This document shows, piece after piece, positions 42,301 to 51,041 of a DNA stretch of 64,000 nt. Below the pieces are notes generated by a model that had not been told where the DNA came from, made no database searches, and was given only the letters and a program-made list of their open reading frames with translations. Where the stretch lies: contig OZ253564.1 of the NCBI GenBank assembly GCA_965262915.1, positions 1,216,001 to 1,280,000 of the forward strand, read 5' to 3'. Source of the stretch: Candidatus Spongiisociaceae bacterium (GTDB taxonomy: Bacteria; Actinomycetota; Acidimicrobiia; Spongiisociales; Spongiisociaceae). The first letter of the stretch is position 1; each line of letters starts with the position of its first letter. The translations under genes were made by a program, and so were the position numbers.

Positions 42301-44235
42301 GCCGAACTCGCCGCCGACGCCGAAGCCGACGAAGCCGCACGGGCGTGGGAAGACGCCCTGTTCGACCACATCGAAAACGGCGGCGAAATCGCAGACCTGA
42401 TCCCCGCCCACACCGACCCCCACCACTGGATCCCCGACGACGACGCCGGATACGACAGCCCCCCACCGCCCGACCTCGACGACGACGGCCCCGACACGGT
42501 GACGGCCACACCGGACCAGTACCCGCCCGCCCTGGACCCGGCGCAAGTCGAAGCGGTGATCGAGCGGGTGATCGACCACTGGGGAGCCGACCACTTCGAG
42601 CCTTACCTGACCCTCGCCGACGGCTGGGCGAACACACCACCGCCCGACCCCCGCAACGACCCCGGCCCCCTCGTCGCCCTCGCCGGCCTCTACCAACAAG
42701 CCCGCCACGCCGGAGACGACCCGCTGGCCAACCGGGCCGGAGCGCTCATGGCCGCAGTAGCCGACCCCACCCTGCGCGACACCCTCACCCCCCACACCAG
42801 CCACCGGCTCGCAGACGCCGACCGTCGCTGGGCCGCAGCCGTCCGCTCCCACCTCCGCGCTTGGCGAGCCGAAAGGTGGGCGCCGGTCCTCGACGCTCTC
42901 GACCAAGCCCGCAGCCAGCTCCGCGCCAGCATCCCCCAAAGCGGAGCCGTCACCGCCCCCGCAGCCGCCGGCCACGACCGCACGCACTGGCACCAGGCCG
43001 TAGCCGCCTGGATCGACGACGGAGCCGCCGCCCCACGGCTCGCCGCTGTCTGGCACACCACCAACCGGCGCACCGCCCAGACCCTCGCCGGCCTCCGCCC
43101 CCCACCCGTTTCCCGCGGAAACGGAGACACAGAAGCCCCCTGGCGGAACGTGCCCACCCCCGACGGGCCGGCACCCACTCGCCTACCCGCCGGGCTGCCC
43201 CCCATCCAACCGTCCTCCCAGCCCGCTCCCGCCCACCGCCCCGACGACGGCCACGACCACCTCCGCCGGGTGCTGGGGCGCAGCGCCGACTACTACCACC
43301 AACAGCTCCTCACCGTCCCCGCAGCCGAACCCGCCCGCCGCTACCTCACCGAGCGGGGAATCGAACCCGCCGATTGGGCCAAATGGCAGCTCGGCTGGGC
43401 CCCCGACCAATGGCGTGGACTGTGCAACCGGCTCGGAGACGACCAAGCAGCCGTCGACGCCGGTGTGGCCAACACCCGACGGGGCCGCACCTACGACGTC
43501 CTCCGAGGCCGGGTTGTCTTCCCCATCCGCGACACAGCCGGAGACGTGATCGCCCTCGCCGGGCGAACACTCCCAGGAACCGACGCCGGACAGCCCAAGT
43601 ACCTCAACACCCGCACCACCGCCCTCTACCACAAAACCGACACCCTCTACGGCATCCACGAAGCCGCCGACAGCATCCGCAGCACCGCAACAGCCGGAAT
43701 CGTCGAGGGATACACCGACGCCATCGCCGCCCACCGGGCCGGGCTCACCAACGTCGTCGCCACCGGCGGAACCGCCTTCACCCAAAGCCACCTGCAACGC
43801 ATCATCGACGCCGGCGCCCACCACCTGATCGCCGGGTTCGACGGCGACGCCCCCGGCCAAACCTCCCAACAGAAAGTCACCGACCAAGCCCACCAGGCTG
43901 GGATCCCCACCACGTCTGTGACGTTCCCCACCGGAACAGACCCAGCCAGCCTCGGACCCGACGCGCTGCTCGACCACTGGCAGGCAGGCCTCCCCCAACC
44001 GTGGACGCATATCCAACAGCACCTCGGCGGCGGAGACGTACACACCCGAGCACGAGGACACCGACACATCGCCGCCGCCTACCACAACACCGACCCCACA
44101 CTCGCCAACCTCGCCGCCCACCAAGCCCTCACCCACACCTACGGAGCCACCCCCCACACCCTCACCGCCTGGCACCAGCCCCTCACCACCACCCCACAGC
44201 GCAGCCGCCGCTCCGGCCCCGGCATCGGACTCTAG
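39397..44235 (+). CDS. mobF: MobF (TrwC-type) relaxase - RecD-like helicase - DnaG primase core fusion
   Basis: N-terminal YY, D...APPKSVS, HWTSR..DPHVHAH; GPAGAGKT, DEAG, GYATT, YVGMTRGR; GRVVFPI, PKYLN, VEGYTD, FDGD. Confidence 0.9.
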   Translation: MSVSIYKVGVEHVAYYMGCKGHGGHSAGAAGGGRRPAGASPVGGAEGIPAGGSPAGGSAAVVGAGGGGGAPVGGVPLVGYYTGRDGELAGRWAAGGSMSVAVGAPVTPQQLTASLSAVDPESGERLGRRYTPGGTYVDRLGVTRRRRKFSAYDMVYAPPKSVSAAWALADPATRKQVEAAWDRSVGAVVGFVQTEAVASRSGTNGVRREEVPAGATIARFDHWTSRAADPHVHAHLLVHNRVQCSDGKWRTLDGRLLYHNAAAASAVGGAVLRAELSRRLGWSWDRVGDHWHAELAGSPRRLIAQWSTRRRQIDRAAQAKIRRFETDQQREPTPAERAELWARAQRSTRPSKQDDPDPHTRWHREAEALGVDPAQVTASYQTARRREPDGYDRAELVLSRGGQAAPTVVADAVVAQLEQLGQASRGLSRPDILRTLWATLNAGAALDGQDIDVEAELGRLADELWERATSRLVERDGRWYSTGLASAEVAAVSWLASDAQPAAAAAAEVDTAGLGGDQAAAVDTILAATTRGVVVLGPAGAGKTEMLSRVAAAVGADRVLAVAPTAEAAANLGAALGVVGETAARAALSDDQVPRGGWVIVDEAGQLDTRTLAALAGRAAAADARMILVGDTAQQGSVGAGGVFAALADRPDLVPGAVLSELWRFCDRDEARATVGLRSGNVDALAYHTERGRVHDSTEAELPAVAAGWWAARRDQDTIITAPTRRLVADINSAIAAHRHRAGETGPAVRGEGDATIRVGDTVTTRRNNRRIVASDGGWIRNGDRWEVTGTTPDGQITARRLDRSATVTLPNRYTTEHLQLGYATTQTRVQSLTVDAALCAVTHASRRDQLYVGMTRGRGENHLLVVTDQPQHDEDTPPDHLPPDHIIRTVMSRGGSHPLSVPAGSFTVTPQVAAAHLHKISDTPHRAPLPDLTNVDTRRILTHGITAQTGGVEAEALIGGAIGAWLDAELAADAEADEAARAWEDALFDHIENGGEIADLIPAHTDPHHWIPDDDAGYDSPPPPDLDDDGPDTVTATPDQYPPALDPAQVEAVIERVIDHWGADHFEPYLTLADGWANTPPPDPRNDPGPLVALAGLYQQARHAGDDPLANRAGALMAAVADPTLRDTLTPHTSHRLADADRRWAAAVRSHLRAWRAERWAPVLDALDQARSQLRASIPQSGAVTAPAAAGHDRTHWHQAVAAWIDDGAAAPRLAAVWHTTNRRTAQTLAGLRPPPVSRGNGDTEAPWRNVPTPDGPAPTRLPAGLPPIQPSSQPAPAHRPDDGHDHLRRVLGRSADYYHQQLLTVPAAEPARRYLTERGIEPADWAKWQLGWAPDQWRGLCNRLGDDQAAVDAGVANTRRGRTYDVLRGRVVFPIRDTAGDVIALAGRTLPGTDAGQPKYLNTRTTALYHKTDTLYGIHEAADSIRSTATAGIVEGYTDAIAAHRAGLTNVVATGGTAFTQSHLQRIIDAGAHHLIAGFDGDAPGQTSQQKVTDQAHQAGIPTTSVTFPTGTDPASLGPDALLDHWQAGLPQPWTHIQQHLGGGDVHTRARGHRHIAAAYHNTDPTLANLAAHQALTHTYGATPHTLTAWHQPLTTTPQRSRRSGPGIGL

Positions 44236-44294
44236 ATGTTTCGAGCCGCCAGTTTCGGGCGGAAACACCCCACAAACGGGAGGGGGCTCAGCTC

Positions 44295-44465
44295 GTGCAG
44301 CCCTTCTCGTCGCCAGCGGGTCCGGACGCCGCCGAGTTGGAGGAGTGGATCGTCAAATCGCACCGGGCAGGGTGGGGATACGGCCGGATCGCAGCGGCTA
44401 CCGGCCAGCACCGCACCCAAGTAGCCCGGATCGTCGCCCGGAACCGGCCACCCGAAGGCTCCTAA
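44295..44465 (+). CDS. Small HTH protein
   Basis: GWGYGRIAAATGQHRTQVARIV; GGGAGG RBS. Confidence 0.5.
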   Translation: MQPFSSPAGPDAAELEEWIVKSHRAGWGYGRIAAATGQHRTQVARIVARNRPPEGS

Positions 44466-44655
44466 TCCTCGACCCGACGCCGCATCTCAACCAGTACCTG
44501 AGGGTTTTCGGTGTGCACCGCTGCTGACCTGGGGGTTTGTAGGTTGCATGTTGGCGGTCCGCTGGACCCGGACACCGGGGTCACTCGGCTGGACCGTCCG
44601 GCCGTGGCGGATCGTCGGTCATGACTGGTTCCGTCGGGCGTCCCGCAGGGTTGAG

Positions 44656-44883
44656 TGGATCGGTGACACGGGCCGTCTCCGGCAGGTCACCACATGCGGC
44701 CGCTTGTCCGGAAACACGGGATCTCGTCTACTAGCCCGGTCTCCGCTGACCATCGTCGACCAGTATTATCCGCCGCATATTCGACCGTGTTATGCACGCC
44801 ACCGGCCGCCGACCGCCGGAAACCCCCATCTACCTGGGGAAACGCCGCGGGGGCAGCTTTACATAATGTTTATTATCGGACAA
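44656..44883 (+). repeat. Left arm of ~230-bp imperfect inverted repeat (pairs with 46059-46291)
   Basis: Shares the 33-bp core, TTATGCACG, TCTACCTGGGGA.ACG and the dif-like end. Confidence 0.85.
44856..44883 (-). other. dif-like XerC/XerD site
   Basis: TTGTCCGATAA TAAACA TTATGTAAAGC, 11-6-11 layout matching the actinobacterial dif pattern CCGATAA-N6-TTATGT.AA. Confidence 0.75.
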
Positions 44884-45145
44884 CGGCCTACCCGGCATCA
44901 GCCTCCGGAGAAGGCGTCGGGGGGAGGGACCTGGGACGGGGACCTATGGCACCCCTCCTGTCCGGGGAAGACCCGACTTTGTTAACTTGGGTAGCGCCCC
45001 GCGTTGAGGACAGCTTCCTGACACAGACCCCAGCGAGGTCGGGACGGCTCCGGAGCTAGGGTTCAACCCTTAAAGGGGCCTGAAGCGACTCCGAGCAGGC
45101 TGGCACCCCTAAAGGAGTTAGGTTCTTGAAGGATGGGAGATCAAG

Positions 45146-45814
45146 TTGGACACTTTAGGCACTCTTCTCGTCCTACTGGGGTTGTTATCGTTCCTTCTCG
45201 GCCTTGTCAACGTCATCTACCCGATCAAGGCGCTGCGGATCCCGCGGTCGCGTGCTCTGTTGATTGTGGCCGCTTCCTTTGGTGTTCTCATCGTTGGTAG
45301 CATCGTCGGTAGCGACACCGGGAGCAATCAGTCCCCAACTAGTGCTCAACCTCGTTCCGAGGCAACGACTACTACGACGACGCGCATCGCCACAACAACT
45401 ACAACGACTACTAAGCCTCCCCCTAAGCGAGCGGGCATCGGCGACCCGGTACGGGATGGCAAGTTTGAGTTTGTTGTTATCGATGTAGAACAGCCGGGCA
45501 AGATCCTCGGGTCTGGAGGGCTAGAGGATGAGGCACTCGGTACGTGGCTTATTGCTCGGATAAAGGTAACGAATGTCAGCGACGAAGCACAGTCCTTCTT
45601 CGCAGGTAATCAAAAACTCACATTAGGCGCAGCTACATATGATGCTGCCTCTTTTACCTGGAGCGGCACCGCCTTAGAGGACCTAAATCCGGGACTGAGC
45701 TTTGAGGCGATAGTGCCCTTCGATGTTCCCGAAAGCTTCCCGCGAGATGGAACTGGAGCGGTACTGACACTACATGATTCAGCGTTGTCGGGCGGTGTGG
45801 AGGTCTGGCTCTAA
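45146..45814 (+). CDS. DUF4352-domain membrane-anchored protein
   Basis: Two TM helices, Thr-rich linker, GIGDPVRDGKFEFVV, NQKL, LNPG, VPFDVP, LHDSALSGGV. Confidence 0.8.
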   Translation: MDTLGTLLVLLGLLSFLLGLVNVIYPIKALRIPRSRALLIVAASFGVLIVGSIVGSDTGSNQSPTSAQPRSEATTTTTTRIATTTTTTTKPPPKRAGIGDPVRDGKFEFVVIDVEQPGKILGSGGLEDEALGTWLIARIKVTNVSDEAQSFFAGNQKLTLGAATYDAASFTWSGTALEDLNPGLSFEAIVPFDVPESFPRDGTGAVLTLHDSALSGGVEVWL

Positions 45815-46058
45815 ACACGCCTGATTGGGGCAAACGCTTCCTCACCGCCGCCGGGCAGCCACACGCCGAATCCGGGACATCACCCACGCTGGGCGAGGAT
45901 CTGGACGGGGAACTGTGGCCGGCTGTCATAGGTCGCCCGGCCTGCCTAACACTCTCTTGAGCCCCTCCAGCGGAGGGGTAGTCCGTTGATGCAGCGCAGC
46001 GTGCAGCCCGGTAGCCGGCTACCAAGACCAACGGGGCGGACACCGGCGGGGGAACGTG

Positions 46059-46086
46059 ATGTCCGATAAAAGACATCATGACAAGC
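46059..46086 (+). other. Degenerate dif-like site, inverted relative to 44856-44883
   Basis: ATGTCCGATAA AAGACA TCATGACAAGC. Confidence 0.6.
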
Positions 46087-46339
46087 TGGGCCCGCAGCGT
46101 CTCCCCAGGTAGAAGCCGGTTTCCGGAAACCAGCAGCCGGGCCGTGCATAAACCCGCCCGGCCACGTTTGGATATACACCACACAGCGCTAGTCAACGAT
46201 GGTCAGCGGAGACCGGGCCAGTAGACGAACTCCCGGCGTTTCCGGGCATTCGGCCGCACCTGGCGACCTGCCGGAGTCGGTCCGGCGTCACGTCGCCGCA
46301 TGATGTCACGGACGGCACATTTGAGCCTTGTGATCGGGT

Positions 46340-47296
46340 TCATTCTCTGAATTGGAACCACGGACCGGGCAGGGGCGGCTTGTCGTCTTGTGGTACGTCG
46401 CCGAACATGACGGCGATGCCGGACAGGTACAGGTCGCGTCGGTCGAGGGTGGTTCCGTTGGCGAGCCTCACATTGCCGTCGTCGTCAACGAGGGTTTGTT
46501 CCATGAATGCCATGCGGTCCGGTATCGGCGTACCGTTGGCAGGATGCCTGAATGGAGTCTTCGCCCAGACTCCGTTGTCGAAGGCAACACAGATGCCGTG
46601 GGCGCTGGTGCCGTCGTCGTCCGCTCCGATGAACACGATGCGCAGCGAGACGATTTCGAGGGTTTCCCGTTCCTCCAGTGCGCTGCGCATCTGGGGGTAC
46701 ACGAACCACCTGGCTGCAGCTCCGGATATGAACCCGCCCATCAGGTTCATGAGGTTCATGTGGTTGAGGAAGTCAAGCACGTGACCCATCGTGAGAATCA
46801 TCGGATCGCCTGGCTCGAACCATCTGAGGACAGTGCACTTGCCGGTCTCTTGGGCGCTCGCGATGCCAGCGTGGTGCACGAGATCGTTTCTGATGTGCCT
46901 CAGATCGCCCCAGGGGTTGGCTCGTGGGCGAATCGCGTCATTGGCAGCAATGCTCGCTTTCATGACGTTGCGTAGATCGCTTTCCCAGACGATGTTGTAC
47001 GTTTCCTCGATCCAGGCTTTGAATGCGAGTTGCTCGGCTTCGCCCTCGCGCCCCAAGACCTCGTTGAGGTCGAAGCCCGGACCGTTGTCCACCAGCGGGA
47101 TATCCACATAGGAGAGTTCCGGCGGACAGACTGCCCCGTGGCGGCTGTTCGGCGGAACTCTGTTGTATGTGGGCAGAATCCGCCCTCGGACCAGTTCCAT
47201 GCCCTGGAGCAGATACATGAGCGATGCAGTCGCATGCAGGGTCTTGTAGTTCAGCAGATTCCCGATTTGGCTTCGGTCGGGCTGGTCATCGGTCAT
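46340..47296 (-). CDS. Hypothetical protein with HEPN-like RxxxxH motif
   Basis: WGDLRHIRNDLVHHAG; long clean ORF. Confidence 0.6.
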   Translation of the reverse strand: MTDDQPDRSQIGNLLNYKTLHATASLMYLLQGMELVRGRILPTYNRVPPNSRHGAVCPPELSYVDIPLVDNGPGFDLNEVLGREGEAEQLAFKAWIEETYNIVWESDLRNVMKASIAANDAIRPRANPWGDLRHIRNDLVHHAGIASAQETGKCTVLRWFEPGDPMILTMGHVLDFLNHMNLMNLMGGFISGAAARWFVYPQMRSALEERETLEIVSLRIVFIGADDDGTSAHGICVAFDNGVWAKTPFRHPANGTPIPDRMAFMEQTLVDDDGNVRLANGTTLDRRDLYLSGIAVMFGDVPQDDKPPLPGPWFQFRE

Positions 47297-47479
47297 GTGG
47301 GGGAGGCTGGGAAGCACCGCTTGCGAGTATCAACTTGAGCAAACCGCCGATCGCTCAAGCATCCGCACCGTCTACCGTTCCGATTTCGATGCCGGCGCCG
47401 AGACTCGACAGCCTAGACACAATGACAGTTCAGGTGACTGCCGGGGCGTGCGGTTGTGGGCTTTGAGGTCCGACCGAGT

Positions 47480-47720
47480 GTTGGGGTGTGGGTGCCCGAA
47501 AATGGTGTCGTGGCTGGTCAGGCGGCATGTTTGTATTCGTTGATGAGGCCATCGCAGCGGGTCGTTCGGACGAGTCGAAGGGGTAGCGGGTGGTCAGTCG
47601 TGTTGTTGTCGGGGGTGGTGTGTCGGGGTGGTCGCTGGGTTAGCGATTCGCTGGGGCCGGTGGAAGTTGTAGTGCGCGATGTAGTCGATCGCGAGCCGCT
47701 GGAGCTGGCGTTGGTACCAG
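47480..47720 (-). mobile_element. Integrase-core (rve) transposase 3' remnant
   Basis: C-terminal GLINEYKHAA* typical of actinobacterial rve transposases. Confidence 0.55.
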
Positions 47721-48759
47721 ATCCCCGACCCCCAAAGGCCCCCAGCGGAAGGGTACTCCGCTGCCCACAACGGTTAACGCCCTGGTCGGGGTACGACTTA
47801 GAGCCGGGCCAGGTGCTCAAGTCCCACATGCCGTCCCACTCCCCCCCGGAATACCCGGCGCAGGCCACGGGGCTAGATCGTCTCGACCTTCAGCCATTTA
47901 CCCGTCTTGCATAGCATGGTCCCTGCCTCAACGAAGGGACCACCACGAATGGGCGAAGAGTCAACCACCGCCACCGAGCAGCGGGTGTGGATCATCCACC
48001 CAGTGATGCTGGCCCAGCCGTTCCTAATTTTCGGCATGTTGGGCCTCGCCCTCACCACATAAGACGAGGCACCGCCACGGCCGGCTAAATGAGGTGATGG
48101 GATGTTTTCGGGGCTGGCTTACTACTGGTATCCGCAAGCATGAGGCAGGCACGGTGTGCGCGACACCCCCCGCTGCGACCGTTCGATACTGGACCCGGTC
48201 CGTAACTTGTAGGTTTCAGCGCAGCCCGCTCTGAACGTCCGGACGGCATGTCACCGCCTGCGCCTTCCCGGATGATCCGCCAAGACACAGCCAGGTCACC
48301 CGACCAGCGTCTGCTGCCAGGGCTCCGAACTGGGAGGGTCGACGGGCGGGCCGTGCGATGGTTCGTAACGGCCCCTCCCCCTCAACGAATCGAGAGGGTC
48401 GAGGCCCTGGCCCGTTTCCGTCGGGAACGGCCCCGAATCGGCCCTGAGATTGTTAACCAACGTACCTACAGGGCTAGGAGCCGTGTTACGAACTGGGAGA
48501 ACCCCGCTATGGCTCAGACAGCCTGGCCGCTCTGGTTTGCATCTTCTTTTCTTGGGCCTGGGCGGTGGTGTTGACATTGCGGTTCTGTTTCCCCCCGAAA
48601 GGTGGGGGAAGCGGCATTTGTCGCCGTTCCCCATCGTCACCTCCTCTCACAGCGGAGGGGTAGCCTGACAGGGCGGTCTGTTCCCTGAACGTTCTTGACA
48701 GAGCAAGTGCAGGGTGCTGTCGTGAGACGCGATATGTCTGGTGCCGAATCGTCTCGTCC

Positions 48760-48900
48760 CTCTGAGCAGTCTCCCGTCTGCCCACGTTGCGGCAGCACGA
48801 TGGTGTACCGGACCGCCCGCCGCCGGCCAGCGCCAGGGAAACCAGTTCTGGGAATGCTCAACGCCCCCACAGCCGATTTGGCCCGGCCATGTCCTTGAGT
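48760..48900 (+). pseudogene. Topoisomerase-type C4 zinc-finger remnant
   Basis: PVCPRCGSTMVYRTAR then frameshifted GNQFWECS. Confidence 0.55.
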
Positions 48901-49090
48901 CCGGGGGTCAAGGCTTCGGTGCTGCTGAACCCGGTCTCTTTCAGCCGACAAGCGCCGCGGTTGCGAGCCGGTCCCCAACCCAGCCGCCGAGGTCGATCTG
49001 CGCCGTCAGTTCCGAGACCGCAGAGCGATGCTGCCCGCGTTCACCGACCCTGCACAAGCTAAGTCGAGGATAACTCCGGAAGGACATACC

Positions 49091-51037
49091 ATGGACAAGT
49101 TGAAGATGCACTCACCCTATCTGACCGAGTGGAGCATAGACAAGATCGCCGAGTTGTTCCCTACGGTCATCACCGAGACGCTCGACGACACCGGCCACCC
49201 GATCCGGGCCATCGACTTTGACCTGCTTCGTCAGGAACTGTGCAACCACATCGTAGAGGGGCCACAGGAACGCTATCAGCTTGACTGGCCCGGCAAGCGC
49301 AAGGCTCTTCTCGCAGCGAACGCCCCGATCGCGAAGACGCTACGTCCGGTCCGCGAGAAATCCGTCGACTTCGATATCACGCAGAACCTATTCATCGAGG
49401 GCGACAATCTCGACGCCCTCAAGCTCTTGCAAGAGTCGTATCTCAGCAAGGTCAAGCTCATCTACATCGATCCGCCGTACAATACGGGCAAGGACCTCAT
49501 ATACGACGATAGATTTGCCGGATCAACCCACGAGTATCTGGCAAAGTCTCGGCAAGTTGACGATGCTGGGAGGCGTCTGGTAGCCAACACGGATTCCAAC
49601 GGACGCTTCCACTCAGACTGGCTGAGCATGATCTATCCACGACTGAAGCTCGCACGGAATCTCCTATCCGAGGACGGAGTGCTCCTCGTGTCGATCAACG
49701 ATGTTGAAGCAGGCAATCTTAAGAAGCTTGCCGCGGAAGTGTTTGGAGAAGCGAACTTTATCGCTCAGTTCGTGTGGCTCAACGATGGCAACGTCGACCA
49801 GCAAAGCAAAGTAAAAGGCGTACACGAATATATACTCGCCTTTGCTCGGACCATCGAGAACTTCCAGCGCCCAATCGTGATCGATCCGAACATCAACGAA
49901 GCCAGCAAACTGTACCGGAAGACGATCGAAAACTCAATCACAAAGAATGGACCGGCCAATCCTCCATCAGTAGTGACGTTGCCCGTCGGGTTCCCGGCCG
50001 GATTCTCTAACGGCCGCGTCCGGCCACGAGTTGACAAGTTCCCACATATACTTGATGAGATCTTGGTCAGAGACGGGTTGCTCGTACAGCCAGCGAGATT
50101 GCGAAGTGGCTGGAGTTCACGACAACTACTTGATCAGTTCATTAATTGCGGATGTACGCCGATTCAGGATACCGCGGGCAGAGAGACATGGTTCGAACTT
50201 CGTGATAGCGGCGCGATCTATGGACTGAAGAAGCGGGCCGACGATCAGGGTCATGTGCTGTCAGTATTGCGTAATATGGGAACGACGAAGCAGAACAGCT
50301 CGATGCTCCGAGCGTGGGGCCTGAAGTTCTCATACCCAAAGCCGGTATTCCTAATCGAATACCTAATCAGGGTCTTCACCCGGCCAAGAGACGGTGAGAT
50401 CGTAATGGACTACTTCTCCGGCTCTGCAACGACAGCTCATGCGGTAATGGCCGCGAACGCTCACGATGGCGGAGACCGGAGGCACATACAGGTTCAGTTT
50501 CCTGAACTCATAGAGAGAAGCGAAGACCACCGCGATGAAACCATCGCGGACCTTGCTAGGCGCCGGATGGTTGCAGCTGGAGAGTCAATTCAGGCAGAGT
50601 GTACCCGAAACACTGGTGAGTCCACACTGGATACAGGATTCCGATTCCTGAGGATTGACACGACCAACATGACGGACGTGCTGCGCACGCCTGACTCGAT
50701 CGACCAGAGCGAGTTGGCCCTTTATATGGAGAGCGTGAAGCGGGGCCGAACCGGTGAGGACTTGCTGTTCCAAGTACTCCTCGACTGGGGCCTGGAGCTC
50801 AGCATGTCCATCGCGGTCGAGCAGATAGACACGCACGAGGTGTTCGTCGTCGAGGATAGGGTACTCGTCGCCTGCTTCGACAACGAGGTGAGTCCAGCCT
50901 TGGTGCGCGAGATCGCAGAGCGGGAACCACAGCGTGCAGTGTTCCGTGACTCTGGATTCGTGTCGGACGCCGACCGTATCAACGCCAAGCAGGTATTCGC
51001 CGAGGTGTCCCCCTCTACCGACGTCAAGGTGATCTGA
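49091..51037 (+). CDS. mod: Type III R-M methyltransferase subunit
   Basis: ERYQLDWPGK, NLFIEGDNL, IYIDPPY, HSDWLSMIYPRL, YPKP, DYFSGSATT. Confidence 0.95.
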   Translation: MDKLKMHSPYLTEWSIDKIAELFPTVITETLDDTGHPIRAIDFDLLRQELCNHIVEGPQERYQLDWPGKRKALLAANAPIAKTLRPVREKSVDFDITQNLFIEGDNLDALKLLQESYLSKVKLIYIDPPYNTGKDLIYDDRFAGSTHEYLAKSRQVDDAGRRLVANTDSNGRFHSDWLSMIYPRLKLARNLLSEDGVLLVSINDVEAGNLKKLAAEVFGEANFIAQFVWLNDGNVDQQSKVKGVHEYILAFARTIENFQRPIVIDPNINEASKLYRKTIENSITKNGPANPPSVVTLPVGFPAGFSNGRVRPRVDKFPHILDEILVRDGLLVQPARLRSGWSSRQLLDQFINCGCTPIQDTAGRETWFELRDSGAIYGLKKRADDQGHVLSVLRNMGTTKQNSSMLRAWGLKFSYPKPVFLIEYLIRVFTRPRDGEIVMDYFSGSATTAHAVMAANAHDGGDRRHIQVQFPELIERSEDHRDETIADLARRRMVAAGESIQAECTRNTGESTLDTGFRFLRIDTTNMTDVLRTPDSIDQSELALYMESVKRGRTGEDLLFQVLLDWGLELSMSIAVEQIDTHEVFVVEDRVLVACFDNEVSPALVREIAEREPQRAVFRDSGFVSDADRINAKQVFAEVSPSTDVKVI

Positions 51038-51041
51038 GGCA

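Noticed and set aside
41913-44235. 850-aa Arg/Pro-rich ORF overlapping the relaxase
   Set aside because: Shadow frame of high-GC coding DNA; only the last ~57 codons look like a real HTH gene
45050-45095. GGGTTCAACCCT as a tRNA T-arm or att site
   Set aside because: No cloverleaf or CCA end can be built and no second copy was seen
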